A stretch of 64,000 nt of DNA, taken from contig NW_027362764.1 in NCBI RefSeq assembly GCF_046119375.1, positions 48,174,001 to 48,238,000 on the forward strand, in the 5' to 3' direction. Origin of the DNA: Phyllobates terribilis. Its lineage: Eukaryota. The notes beneath the pieces are model-generated. The model was given only the letters and a program-made list of their open reading frames with translations, did not search any database and was not told the origin of the DNA. The translations under genes were made by a program, and so were the position numbers. This document shows positions 12,152-23,193 of this stretch, in pieces. Each line of letters opens with the position of its first letter. The first letter of the stretch is position 1.

Positions 12152-12296
12152 CAAAGCTGGCATCAGCGAAGTGTTTGAAGGCCACCAGGGCCCAATCACA
12201 GGACTCAACTGCCACAGCGCCGTGGGAGCCATCGACTTCTCCCATCTGTTCCTGACCTCATCCTTCGACTGGACGGTCAAGCTGTGGACCACTAAG
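12152..12296 (+). CDS. DYNC1I1: DYNC1I1 internal exon (equivalent to human exon 14), 145 nt, phase 2-0
   Basis: Acceptor gtgcAG|C and donor AAG|GTgagc. AG+C completes Ser, then [48 protein letters not shown] (WD40). Confidence 0.96.
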
Positions 12297-12932
12297 GTGA
12301 GCGCTGCCGCTAGACTTTTCCAACTTTTTCCTTTTTTTTTTTTTTTACTTAAAAAATTCAAATTTATTTATTTTTTGTGACACCCAAGTTCTCGATCTCC
12401 GTGCTGGACTGCAGCCAAAATATGTGTGAAAATAATAAAGTTGGGATTGTATCTTATTATTTTTTTTTTTTTTATTATTAAAGGTTCCTTTTTTTTTTTT
12501 TTAAACTAGTCCCCATTAATAGGGACCATGTGTCAGAGCTATGAAAGTACAGGAGAAGGTAATGAGAATATTGTACGGCCGCGGATCACGTTTCGTACAT
12601 ATGGCAATGTGATACCATTGACGGTAGCGTTACATGAAGATGGCATCTAGTGATCTGAGAACTAGTTTCTTCAGAATTCGTACATTTTTTAAAATATGGA
12701 AACCTTAAACTTGTGTAAAAGGTTACGCCCCTCTGTCCACGCAAGTGGCTTCCATTAAGTCTCCTAGGTATTTTTCCATTACCATTTGGGTACCTGCGAA
12801 CTTCGGCTTGGAAGAAATGGGAATTCCTGACCTCCTACGGAGGAATATAGTTTAGTTTTGTTGGAATGGAGACTTGAGACTGTATCGTCTTCTACTTCAG
12901 GGGTGTAACTAGAAATCGTTGGGGCCCACGTT

Positions 12933-13863
12933 CAGAATGTGCTGGTGGAAGATGTGTCAGATCATTAGCAGGCGTTGACGTATGTTGCATCTTTTTTTGC
13001 CTGTTCGTGCACCACAAAGTCATATCTGGTGAATGTAAACTTGGTCCAAAAATTTAATCCACTTTTGGGCAAAAATTTTTGGACATTTCTCTGGCTGTAG
13101 AAGCCTCGGTGCTTCAGTTAAACCTCTTTTTAGCAAAATGTTGAGAGCAGTGGAAAGTTGCAAAAAGTTGCAAATTCTTTCCAAAATTTGCAAAAATTTT
13201 ACCAAGTGGAGCAGTGGAAAGTTGCAAATTCTTCCCAAATTTTTTTCCTGATAGAAAACGAGCACAATTTTCTACCGTTGACTCCATAAAGAATGTGTCC
13301 CCCTACTTTTTTGACAGTATTGCTGCTAAAAGTACCAATCGAAGCAGAAATTGGCAACTGTCCTTTATACCCAAAAAATGCCGATTCCTTCATCTGAGTG
13401 GTTCTTCTCTTTCATTGCGCGAAAGTGAACTTTGCTACGACTTACGGTGAATGGCGGTTACTCTATTAGACTCAATAGGATAAAGTTCTCTCGGAAGTAT
13501 TTTGGTAGAAATTTGTGCTTGTTTTCAAAGGGAAAAAAATTGCAAATTTTGGCAGGAATTTGCAACTTTCTACTGCTCTCAATATTTTGCTACAAAGAAT
13601 GTAGGGCTTAGCTAAAAGGCCGGGACCCCTAAAGAGAAATATCCAAAAATTTATGCCAAAAAGTTGCAGAAATTAAAGCACAAAAATTTATCCCCAGTTA
13701 CATTTTTGGCTTCTTCAAATATCCAAAAATTTCTGCCAAAAAGTGGCATAAATTTTTGGACCAGGTTTTCATGCACCAGATTTGGCGCACAGAAAGGCAA
13801 AAAAGACGCAATGTAGATCAACGCCTCCTAATAATCTGACTCCTCTTCCACCAGTGCATTCTG
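12933..13863. mobile_element. Foldback/MITE-like element with long imperfect inverted arms
   Basis: CAGAATGTGCTGGTGGAAGA...TGGTCCAAAAATTT...GAGAGCAGTGGAAAGTTGCAA (12933-~13195) is mirrored at ~13540-13863. Confidence 0.6.
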
Positions 13864-14365
13864 CTCTTAGATCAATGTATGAATTGACAATCTTGGTAAA
13901 TTAACCCAATTGTCTAGAGTTTAGCAAAATTGCCCCAGGCTCAGGTGCAAACTAAACAACTCTTTATTATTCAGTAGTACATGGTGGTAATATTTAGGAA
14001 TTGTGCCGTACTGTGTGGGAACTATATGGCAGTCATTTTTTTCACCCTTTTTAGGACATGTTATTTGGATACTGCATATTATGTGGACACTATTAGGCGA
14101 TATATAATTTTGAGAGAAATAGGAAAGGGCCCCAAGCATCATGCACAGTAATTATTATGATTATTTCAGTCTAGTAATACTGCCATATACCACCATCATT
14201 TTCTGTGATGAACCCCACGTCATTGTTGGGTCCCTTCTGTGATGGACCCCTGGTCCATGCGGGTCTAGCACCATTAACAGTGAACTTCTTCCTCGACTGC
14301 GGGTATCTTCTTAAAATCCAGTTTCAGTTTTTAGACCCCTCCAAAGACCTGGTCCTACATATAGG

Positions 14366-14778
14366 TGTTACGGTACTGGTGTAGTATTGCTGGAAACCAG
14401 TGGCCGAAGGAGCACAAGCAGGAGCAGCAAGCGATAGTAGAAGTTCTTGTAGTTAGCAAAAGAAGTTGTAGGAAACAATCTGTAGATAGGTGAGCACAAT
14501 CTAGGTAAGAATGTTCAGGAGCTTGGAGACTGGAAACTAGGCTAACAGCTAGACACAATACTCAAGCAATGAGTGAGAAATCCATGCGGCTTTAAGTAGG
14601 CCCAAACAGGAAACAAGATGGATTCCACAAGTTCAGAATCCGACATCTTAGTAAAAGGCAATTGCAGAACACAACAGCAGCCTCCAGTGGTAAGGAGTAA
14701 GATTGCAGCACAATTATTAAGGTGAACAATAGCAGCCACTAGTGGTCAAACTGTAGAAGGACAACTGGAATCCTGACA
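14366..14778 (-). mobile_element. Solo LTR (413 bp)
   Basis: TGTTA...TGACA termini with 5-bp TSD ATAGG (14361-14365 and 14779-14783). A TATA-like TACTTAAA lies on the minus strand at 14598. Confidence 0.75.
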
Positions 14779-15004
14779 ATAGGCGAATAATATCATAGTC
14801 CTGGATGATTCCTCTAACCATTACAAAATTGTGTGAAATCCCATAGCTTCACTGCTACTACAGTAGAGAATCCTCATCTATGCTGATGGTAAAAACTTTT
14901 TTAGCTCAAGATGTAGTGAATGCCCCCTTGTTAACTAAAAACTAAATATAGATTTTTATGGTGCCGATCCATAATACAATGCCTATATAGCCTATGGGCA
15001 CGTA

Positions 15005-15670
15005 GCATTACTGCTCTTACAGTAGATAACCATCCTCTATGCTTCAGTACTCTTAGAGTAGAGAAACCTCCTCTAGATGTGACTGCTCTTACAGTACAGA
15101 ACCCTCTTGTATGCTTTTCTGCTCTTACAGTAAAGATCTCTACTCTGCTCCACTGCTTTTTCAGTAGAGAATCCTCAGCTATTCTATGTAGCTCTTACAA
15201 TAGAAAACCCTTGTCTATATTTTACTGCTTTTACAATAGAAAACCCTCCTCTATGCTTTACTACTTTTACAATAGAAAACTCTCCTCTATGTTTTGCTTC
15301 TATTACAGTAGAGGAGCTCCTTCTATGCTTTACAGCTTTCACAGTAGAGAATCCCCTTCTATACTTCACTGCTTGAACAGCAGAGAACTCTCCTCTATGC
15401 TTTACTACTTTTACATTAGAAAACCCTCCGCTATGCTTTACTGATTTTACAATAGAAAATGCTACTTTCTGCTTTATTGCTTTTACAATAGAAAACCCTC
15501 CTCTACACTTCACTGTTATTGTAGTAGAGAAACCTCTTCTATGCATCACTGCTCTTACAGTAGAGAACCCTCCTGTATGCTTTAATGATTTTAAAGTAGA
15601 CAACCCTCCATTATGCGTCACGGCTCCTACGGTGGAGAATCTTCTTCTATGCTCCCAGTAAAAACCTTCT
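15005..15670. repeat. Degenerate 36-bp minisatellite (CTGCTCTTACAGTAGAGAACCCTCCTCTATGCTTCA-like)
   Basis: Tandem variants of the 36-bp unit; short clusters of the same unit occur at ~8790-8865 and ~11445-11590. Confidence 0.85.
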
Positions 15671-15754
15671 TTTCTCAAGAAGTAGTGGATGCACCATCAT
15701 TAGCCTCATGTTCAAACTCAAGTACAGATTTTTGTGATACAGATCTGTAATATA

Positions 15755-17380
15755 CAGTGGGTACGGAAAGTATTCAATCCCCTTAAATTTTTTCACTGTT
15801 TGTTTCATTGCAGCCATTTGGTAAATTCTAAAAATTTCTTTTTTTTCCTCATTAAAGTCCACTCTGCACCCCATCTTACTGAAAAAAAACAGAAATGCAG
15901 AAATTTTTGCAAATTTGTTAAAAAAGAAAAACTGAAATATCACATGGTCATAAGTATTCAGACCCTTTGCTCAGCATTGAGTAGAAGCCCCCTTTTGAGC
16001 TAGTACAGCCATGAGTCTTCTTGGGAATGATGCAACAAGTTTTTCACATCTGGATTTGGGGATCCTCTGCCATTCTTCCTTGCAGATCCTCTCCAGTTCC
16101 GTCAGGTTGGATGGTGAACGTTGGTGGACAGGCATTTTCAGGTCTCTCCAATTGTGTTTAGGTCAGGGCTCTGGCTGGGCCAGTCAAGAATGGTCACAGA
16201 GTTGTTCTGAAGCCACTCCTTTGTTATTTTAGCTGTGTGCTTAGGGTCATTGTCTTGTTGGAAGGTGAACCTCCGGCCAAGTCTGAGGTCCAGAGCACTC
16301 TGGAAGAGGTTTTCATCCAGGATATCTCTGTACTTGGCCGCATTCATGTTTCCTTCAATTGCAACCAGTCTTCCTGTCCCTGCAACTGAAAAACACCTCC
16401 ATAGCATGATGCTGCCACCACCATGTTTCACTGTTGGGATTGTATTGGGCAGGTGATGAGCAGTGCCTGGTTTTCTCCACACATACCGCTTAGAATTATC
16501 ACCAAAAAGTTCTATATTCGTCTCATCAGACCAGAGAATCTTATTTCTCATAATCTGGGAGTCCTTCGTGTGTTTTTGAGCAAACTCTATGCGGGCTTTC
16601 ATATGTCTTGCACTGAGGAGAGGCTTCCGTCGGACCACTCTGCCATAAAGGCCCGACTGGTGGAGGGCTGCAGTGATAGTTGACTTTGTGGAACTTTCTC
16701 CCATCTCCCTACTGCATCTCTGGAGCTCAGCCACAGTGATCTTGGGATTCTTCTTTACTTCTCTCACCAAGGCTCTTCTCCCACGATTGCTCAGTTTGGC
16801 TGGACGGCCAGGTCTAGGAAGACTTCTGGTAGTCCCAAACTTCTTCCATTTAAGGATTATGGAGGCCACTGTGATCTTAGGAACCTTGAGTAATGCAGAA
16901 ATTCTTTTGTAACATTGGCCAGATCTGTGCCTTGCCACAATTCTGTCTCTGAGCTCCTTGGGCAGTTCCTTTGAGCTCATGATTCTCATTGGGTCTGACA
17001 TGCACTGTGGGCTGTGAGGTCTTATATAGACAGGTGTGCGCCTTTCCAAATCAAGTCCTATCAGTTTAATTAAACCCAGCTGGACATCAATGAAGGAGTA
17101 GAACCATCTCAAGGAGGATCACAAGGAAATGGACAGCATGTGACTTAAATATGAGTGTCTGAGCAAAGGGTCTGAATACTTATGACCATGTGATATTTCA
17201 GTTTTTCTTTTTTAATAAATTTGCAAAAATTTCTACATTTCTGTTTTTTTTTCAATCAAGATGGGGTGCAGAGTGTACTTTAATGAGAAAAAAAAAAAAC
17301 TTTTTAGAATTTACCAAATGGCTGCAAAGAAACAAAGAGTGAAAAACTTAAAGGGGTCTGAATACTTTCCGTACCCACTG
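15755..17380 (-). mobile_element. Tc1 DD34E transposon (IR/DR type, 1626 bp); transposase frameshifted at the catalytic Glu
   Basis: TA|CAGTGGGTACGGAAAGTATTCA...TGAATACTTTCCGTACCCACTG|TA with inner repeat AAGTATTCAGACCC. ORF runs from ATG 16980 (MSSKELPKELRD) through WSDE and QQDNDPKH, then breaks at DLNTIGET*. Confidence 0.93.
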
Positions 17381-18697
17381 TAATTGCACATTTTTGTACA
17401 TAAAGACATCGATTTATTTTTTTATGGATTCCTTGCAAATCTCTACAACAAATTGTCATTGCTTTAAAGAGAGAATGTAGAGCTTTGCATAGACACCTTA
17501 TGGCGGCATTCATAATGTAGACTTGTAGGCACTCTGCCACCATCCAGGGTCCATGCTGGAGCCCTTAAAATTACCCATCATCAGACAGACTATTGATACA
17601 TTTATAGATAACAATTAGGTCGCCACTTGCCCTACATAATTTCTTCGCTTTTGCAGCAGCTACCTGACTCTGATGGCTCATGTACCCAAATCCCATTCAG
17701 TGTCAGTTTAACAGGGAACTGCTACTAGAGCAACTTCCTAATATTTAGTGCAGAGCGTAACTCCAAGTTGGAGCTGCTGTAGCGTGTCTTTCATGAAACC
17801 AATCACTTTTTTCATCCCATTAATCCTATTAATCTGTCTCACATTCATCGCGTTCCTAAATTGCAGTCACAGGTACACAATACTCATTGTACTCGCTAGA
17901 CACATGATCTGAGCCGCTGAAAGAATTTAATAGCAGTTTCAGCTTCTCGCCGGCTGTTTCCGAGGAAATATATAAATTTACTGTTCAATATTTATCCAGA
18001 AAAGGTAATTACAGTACCGCGTAACAACCCGACTTGATTTGTATGGAAACACAAAGCAAAAAAAACCGGAAGCCTATAATTCATCAGCAGCGCCAAAACC
18101 TAAAATAGTCCGAGAATTTATTTGTTTTTGTGGTTTTTTTTTTGTTTTCAGTTTGTTTTTAAAAGGGGTCTTCTCTTTCTTTGCCTGTTTTCTTTTTTTT
18201 TTCAAATAGTAAATACTGCACACCCCCGTCTCTGCTCTTCATAATGGTTTAGCCAAAAATGTGTCTTGATCTGCAGTATCCTGATTTGACTGTTGTCTTG
18301 TCACATGACCTTTCTGTGTGATGACTCCTCCCACTAGTCGGCCTGACCTCTTTCTCATTGGAGGTGGTGCTGAATAGTGGGGAGGGGCTTCAGAGCAGAC
18401 CATGTTAAAGAAATGAGCTATACCATTATGCAATAAAGACAGGGGGGATCCTGCTCATTTAAAAGCAAGTTTGAGTGCATATACTGTATATATTTAAATG
18501 TTACAAATAAAACAACAAAAAATCCTTGTGTCTTCATAATTCCTTTGAGGTACAGCAACCTGGGCGGTGTCTTAAAGGGGTTTCCATAGAAGAAAAAGAG
18601 CAGCTTTTATGACAGTGGAGGGCTCCTGCACGTATGGTCCTCTCACTGTTTATAGCACTTTCTTTCCATATGATCTTAGTCTATAACGTGCTATGTA

Positions 18698-19940
18698 TGT
18701 AACGGGTCTGGGAGGCGGAACCTCTGAGCAACTTATACAAGGGGGCGGTCCTTGTAAGGAAGCGGGTGGCGACCAGGGAAGACAGGCAGGCAGTCACAGC
18801 AGGTGACCGGGACAGTCTCTGGGTAAACGGGCAGGAGGTCACGGCAAGTGACCGGGACAGTCTCTGGGTAAACGGGCAGGAGATCACAGCAAGTGACCGG
18901 GACAGTCTCTGGGTAAACGGGCAGGAGGTCACGGCAAGTGACCGGGACAGTCTCTAGGTAAACGGGCAGGAGGTCACAGCAAGTGACCGGGACAGTCTCT
19001 GGGTAAACGGGCAGGAACGACCTGTGACGGCTGAGCCTCCAGGTAGGCTAGCAGGCAGATGGCAGATGAGTGCTCCCAGGTGAGCAGGCGAGAGTCTCTG
19101 GATAAGCAGGTGGTCACAGCATGTGACGGCGGAGCCTCCAGGTAGGCTAACAGGCAGGTAGCAGATGAGCGCTCCCAGGTGTGCGGGCAAGAGTCTCTGG
19201 ACTGGCAGGTGGTCACGGCACGTGACGGCGGAGCCTCCAGGTAGGCTAACAGGCAGGTAGCAGATGAGCGCTCCCAGGTGAGCGGGCAAGAGTCTCTGGA
19301 CTGGCAGGTGGTCACAGCACGTGACGGCGGAGCCTCCAGGTAGGCTAACAGGCAGGTAGCAGATGAGCGCTCCCAGGCGAGCGGGCAAGAGTCTCTGGAC
19401 TGGCAGGTGGTCACAGCACGTGACGGCGGAGCCTCCAGGTAGGCTAACAGGCAGGTAGCAGGTGAGCGCTCCCAGGTGAGCGGGCAAGCTGGTCCATAGA
19501 CAGACTGACAGGTGTCGGAAGGCAGACCGTCGGACCTCAGGCTAGCAAGCAGGAAAGCGGATGACAGGCAGGAATCAGGCAGCAAACTGGCAGGAGACTG
19601 GCAGGTAACTGACAGGTAACTGGCAGGTAACAGGCAGGTAACAGGCAACGGGACCTGAGGGCTGAAGCAGAGTAGTGAACAGTGCAACAACATTGCTCGG
19701 GCACCTCCATTTTGGAGGAGGTGCCTTATATATGGAGGGATCCTCCGGCCATTGGCCGGGGACTCCTTAGGGCGACGCGCGCGGCCCCTTTAAGAGAGGG
19801 GGAGCGCGCGCGCCCTAAGCACAGTGACCGGGGGAGAGCGGCCGCTGCAAGCAGAGCGGGAGGAAGCCGCCGGGCACGGAGCAGAGAGGTGAGGGGAACA
19901 GCGTCCCTGCCTAGCAGGAGGCAGGGACGCCGACGCTACA
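18698..19940 (-). repeat. 3' LTR of Gypsy-1 (1243 bp), with five 45-bp and five 99-bp internal units
   Basis: TGTAACGGG...GCTACA; preceded on the minus strand by the PPT. Confidence 0.95.
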
Positions 19941-21415
19941 GTACCCCCCCCTTTAGGCCCCCCCTTTTTTAGGCCAGACAGAAATTCAGCAAGGATGAGA
20001 GGGGCATGGATGTTCTCCCGGGGCTCCCATGTTCTCTCCTCAGGACCAAACCCCTTCCAATCCACTAGAAAAAAGGTCTTTCCTCTTACCCTTTTGGTGG
20101 CCAGAATGTTCTCTACCTCAAACTCGTCTTCAGCAGAAACCGGAGCAGGAGGCGTACCTGTAGACTTGGAAAAGGAGTTAAGTACCACGGGTTTGAGAAG
20201 AGATACATGGAAGGAGTTAGGGATCCGTAAGTTGGCCGGGAGTTTCAATTTATAGGCCACCGGGTTGATCTGTTTGATAACCTCCAGTGGGCCGATGAAC
20301 CGAGGCCCTAACTTATAGGAAGGAATCTTGAGCCGGACATATTTGGATGAGAGCCAGACTTTATCTCCGGGACGAAATTGTGGGGAATCCAGGCGTTTTT
20401 TGTCGGCGTGTCTCTTCATCCGCTCGGACGACTGAAGGAGTGCGGATCGGGTACTCTCCCAAATGGAGGAAAATTTGCTAACGAGAGATTCCGCGGCCGG
20501 GTTGTCCACAGAGGTGGAGACAGGAAAAGGGATCCGAGGATGCTGACCGAAGACTACAAAAAACGGGGATTTAGAAGAAGATTCGCTCTCGTGATTGTTG
20601 TAAGAGAACTCGGCCCATGGTAGGAGTTCCACCCAGTCTGAATGGTGGGCATTAACGAAGTGCCGGAGGTAACTGGTCAAATTCTGATTGATCCGCTCCA
20701 CTTGACCATTGGACTGTGGGTGGTAAGCGGAGGAGAAGTCCAGGGTGACGTCGAGCAGTTTACATGTGGCTCTCCAGAAGCGTGAGGTGAACTGAACCCC
20801 ACGATCCGACACCATGTGGAGAGGCAGACCATGGAGACGGAAGATGTGGTGGATAAAGTCTTTAGCTAGCTCGGGAGCAGAAGGGAGGCCTGGCAGGGGA
20901 ATAAAATGAGCCATTTTGGAAAAGCGGTCAGCGACCACCCAAATGACCGTACAACCGGCAGAGACGGGGAGATCTGTTATGAAGTCCATAGCTATATGTT
21001 GCCACGGGGCAGCAGGCACAGGCAGAGGAAGAAGGCGGCCGGCAGGCAGGTGTCTCGGAACTTTGTTGCGGTCGCAGGACACACAGGCAGAAACAAAGTC
21101 AATTACATCCTTGTGCAGGGTAGGCCACCAGTAGTGCCGGGTAATAAGCTGGAGGGTCTTTTTCTGACCGGCGTGCCCAGCTAGCTTAGACGAGTGACCC
21201 CAGTGTAGAATCTTCTCCCGATCGGACTCCGTTACGAACGTCTTACCGGGAGGGAGACGATTTAGGCCCACGGGGGCTACCTGCATTACTCTGGCGGGAT
21301 CGATGATGTGTTTAGGCTCCTCCTCAAGATCAGACACCAGAAAGGATCGGGACAGGGCGTCAGCTTTGATGTTTTTGTCAGCCGGACGAAAATGAAGAAT
21401 GAAATCAAAGACCAC
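19790..21415 (-). CDS. pol: Gypsy-1 pol, C-terminal part: end of RNase H, integrase (HHCC, DDE) and chromodomain
   Basis: Motifs KADALSR, GH..WWP..CVSC, IAMDF, SDRGVQF, NGQVER, GPF-like FIGP and the chromodomain FEVENIL..FLVDWKGFGPEERTWEP. It is separated from the upstream pol by a frameshifting deletion. Confidence 0.93.
   Translation of the reverse strand: MVFDFILHFRPADKNIKADALSRSFLVSDLEEEPKHIIDPARVMQVAPVGLNRLPPGKTFVTESDREKILHWGHSSKLAGHAGQKKTLQLITRHYWWPTLHKDVIDFVSACVSCDRNKVPRHLPAGRLLPLPVPAAPWQHIAMDFITDLPVSAGCTVIWVVADRFSKMAHFIPLPGLPSAPELAKDFIHHIFRLHGLPLHMVSDRGVQFTSRFWRATCKLLDVTLDFSSAYHPQSNGQVERINQNLTSYLRHFVNAHHSDWVELLPWAEFSYNNHESESSSKSPFFVVFGQHPRIPFPVSTSVDNPAAESLVSKFSSIWESTRSALLQSSERMKRHADKKRLDSPQFRPGDKVWLSSKYVRLKIPSYKLGPRFIGPLEVIKQINPVAYKLKLPANLRIPNSFHVSLLKPVVLNSFSKSTGTPPAPVSAEDEFEVENILATKRVRGKTFFLVDWKGFGPEERTWEPRENIHAPLILAEFLSGLKKGGPKGGGTVASASLPPARQGRCSPHLSAPCPAASSRSACSGRSPPVTVLRARALPLS
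19941..19970 (-). promoter_or_regulatory. Polypurine tract of Gypsy-1
   Basis: Minus strand reads AAAAAAGGGGGGCCTAAAGGGGGGGGTAC immediately before the 3' LTR TG. Confidence 0.85.
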
Positions 21416-23124
21416 CGGGCTTGGCGCGGGTTAAGTCTCTGGGCGCTCTGGAGATATGCCAAGTTCTTGTGGTCAGTGTAAATTATTACCGGGTGGAGAG
21501 CCCCCTCGAGCAGGTAACGCCACTCCTCCAGTGCCATCTTAATGGCCAACAATTCTCGGTCTCCTATAGAATAATTGCGCTCAGAAGAGGAGAAAAGTTT
21601 GGAGAAAAAGCCGCAGGTTACCTTTCTTCCGGAAGAAGATTTTTGGGTAAGTACCGCCCCAGCTCCGGAGGAGGAGGCGTCAACTTCTAGGAAGAATTGT
21701 TTGCTGCCGTCCGGACGATGCAGCACCGAGGCGGAGAGGAAGGCCTGTTTTAAGGAAAGAAATGCCTCCTCTGCTTCGGGCGGCCATTCTCTGGGGTTCG
21801 TACCTTTACGGGTGAGAGCAGAGATAGGGGCGGTCCGGGAAGAGAAGTGCGGTATGAACAGGCGGTAATAGTTGGCGAAGCCCAGGAACCGCTGAATAGC
21901 CTTCAACCCCTCTGGTCGGGGCCACTTCTGGATGGCAGACAGTTTCTCAGGATCCATTTGTAGACCTGTCTGAGAGATTATGTAGCCCAGAAATGGAAGA
22001 GAGGTCTGCTCAAAGATGCACTTCTCATATTTAGCGTAGAGGTGGTTCTGCCTGAGCCTGAGCAGGACCTGACGAACGTCCCTCCGGTGAGTAGGAAGAT
22101 CCGGAGAGAAGACCAAGATATCGTCCAGGTACACCACCACGCAGGAGTAGAGAAGATCACGGAAGATGTCATTGACCAACTCTTGAAAGACGGCAGGAGC
22201 GTTACAGAGACCGAAGGGCATCACAAGGTACTCATAGTGGCCGTCCCGGGTATTGAATGCCGTCTTCCACTCATCCCCCTGACGGATACGGACCAGGTTA
22301 TACGCCCCACGGAGATCCAGTTTGGTGAAGATTCTAGCCCCCCTCAGACGGTCAAATAATTCAGGAATAAGCGGAAGGGGGTATTTATTCTTCACAGTAA
22401 TCTGGTTTAGGCCTCTATAGTCTATACATGGACGGAGTGAGCCGTCCTTCTTTTTGACAAAGAAGAAGCCTGCTCCCGCCGGGGAGGTAGATTTCCGGAT
22501 AAATCCCCGGGCCAGGTTCTCCTCAATATATTCAGACATGGACCGGGTTTCAGCAGCGGACAAAGGGTAGATTTGCCCACGGGGAGGAGTATAGCCGGGC
22601 ATCAGGTCGATTGGGCAGTCGTATGGTCTATGAGGAGGTAAAGTCTCTGCCTCTTTTTTATTGAAGACATCCGCATAAGACCAATAGGGAACCGGAAGAC
22701 CGGGCAGATTGGCTGGGGTAGGAGAAGGACGGGCAGGACGAACGGGAACTAGACAAGTCTTATGGCAGTCCTGTCCCCAGCGAAGGACCTCTCCGGTCTG
22801 CCAGTCAAGCACGAGTGCATGTCTCTGGAGCCAAGGCAGGCCAAGCAATAGTGCGTGAGAGAGTCCAGGCAGAACATGAAAGGAGATGCTCTCAGAATGC
22901 AGCATTCCCACCTGTAGAGTCAGAGATTCGGTGATGAGTTGGATGGGATGTGGTAAGAGACCCCCATCCACGGCGGCGACAGATAAAGGTACGGCCAGAG
23001 GTTTGGTGGGAATGTGGTATTTTTCTACCAGGGATTGAGAGATGAGATTTCCAGCAGCTCCAGAGTCAAGTTGAGCCAGTTCAAAATAGCGGTTCTCTCC
23101 GCAGAAGATAGAAACAGACAGCAT
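21286..23124 (-). CDS. pol: Gypsy-1 pol, N-terminal part: protease, reverse transcriptase, RNase H
   Basis: Motifs LDSGA (protease), YLDD (RT), VDAS and TDHKNL (RNase H). The frame is open upstream to the GGGAAAC site at 23187-23193. Confidence 0.95.
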   Translation of the reverse strand: MLSVSIFCGENRYFELAQLDSGAAGNLISQSLVEKYHIPTKPLAVPLSVAAVDGGLLPHPIQLITESLTLQVGMLHSESISFHVLPGLSHALLLGLPWLQRHALVLDWQTGEVLRWGQDCHKTCLVPVRPARPSPTPANLPGLPVPYWSYADVFNKKEAETLPPHRPYDCPIDLMPGYTPPRGQIYPLSAAETRSMSEYIEENLARGFIRKSTSPAGAGFFFVKKKDGSLRPCIDYRGLNQITVKNKYPLPLIPELFDRLRGARIFTKLDLRGAYNLVRIRQGDEWKTAFNTRDGHYEYLVMPFGLCNAPAVFQELVNDIFRDLLYSCVVVYLDDILVFSPDLPTHRRDVRQVLLRLRQNHLYAKYEKCIFEQTSLPFLGYIISQTGLQMDPEKLSAIQKWPRPEGLKAIQRFLGFANYYRLFIPHFSSRTAPISALTRKGTNPREWPPEAEEAFLSLKQAFLSASVLHRPDGSKQFFLEVDASSSGAGAVLTQKSSSGRKVTCGFFSKLFSSSERNYSIGDRELLAIKMALEEWRYLLEGALHPVIIYTDHKNLAYLQSAQRLNPRQARWSLISFFIFVRLTKTSKLTPCPDPFWCLILRRSLNTSSIPPE

Positions 23125-23147
23125 CAGGGATGGAGAGGGTTTACTTT

Positions 23148-23193
23148 TGTCTAGGGCGACCTCTCTGAGCGATCCTAGACACAGGCGTTTCCC
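23148..23193 (-). promoter_or_regulatory. -1 programmed ribosomal frameshift signal between gag and pol
   Basis: Slippery G GGA AAC, a 5-nt spacer, then stem TGTCTAGG/CCTAGACA. The -1 frame runs without a stop into pol. Confidence 0.8.

Noticed and set aside
15079-15678. ORFs over the 36-bp repeat
   Set aside because: 12-aa periodic artefacts of the degenerate minisatellite.
18681-19693. Long repetitive ORFs in the Gypsy-1 LTRs (also 23999-25125)
   Set aside because: They are by-products of 45- and 99-bp units being multiples of 3. Most start at non-ATG codons. The one ATG ORF (19693) is frameshifted in the other LTR and has no ATG in the solo LTR.
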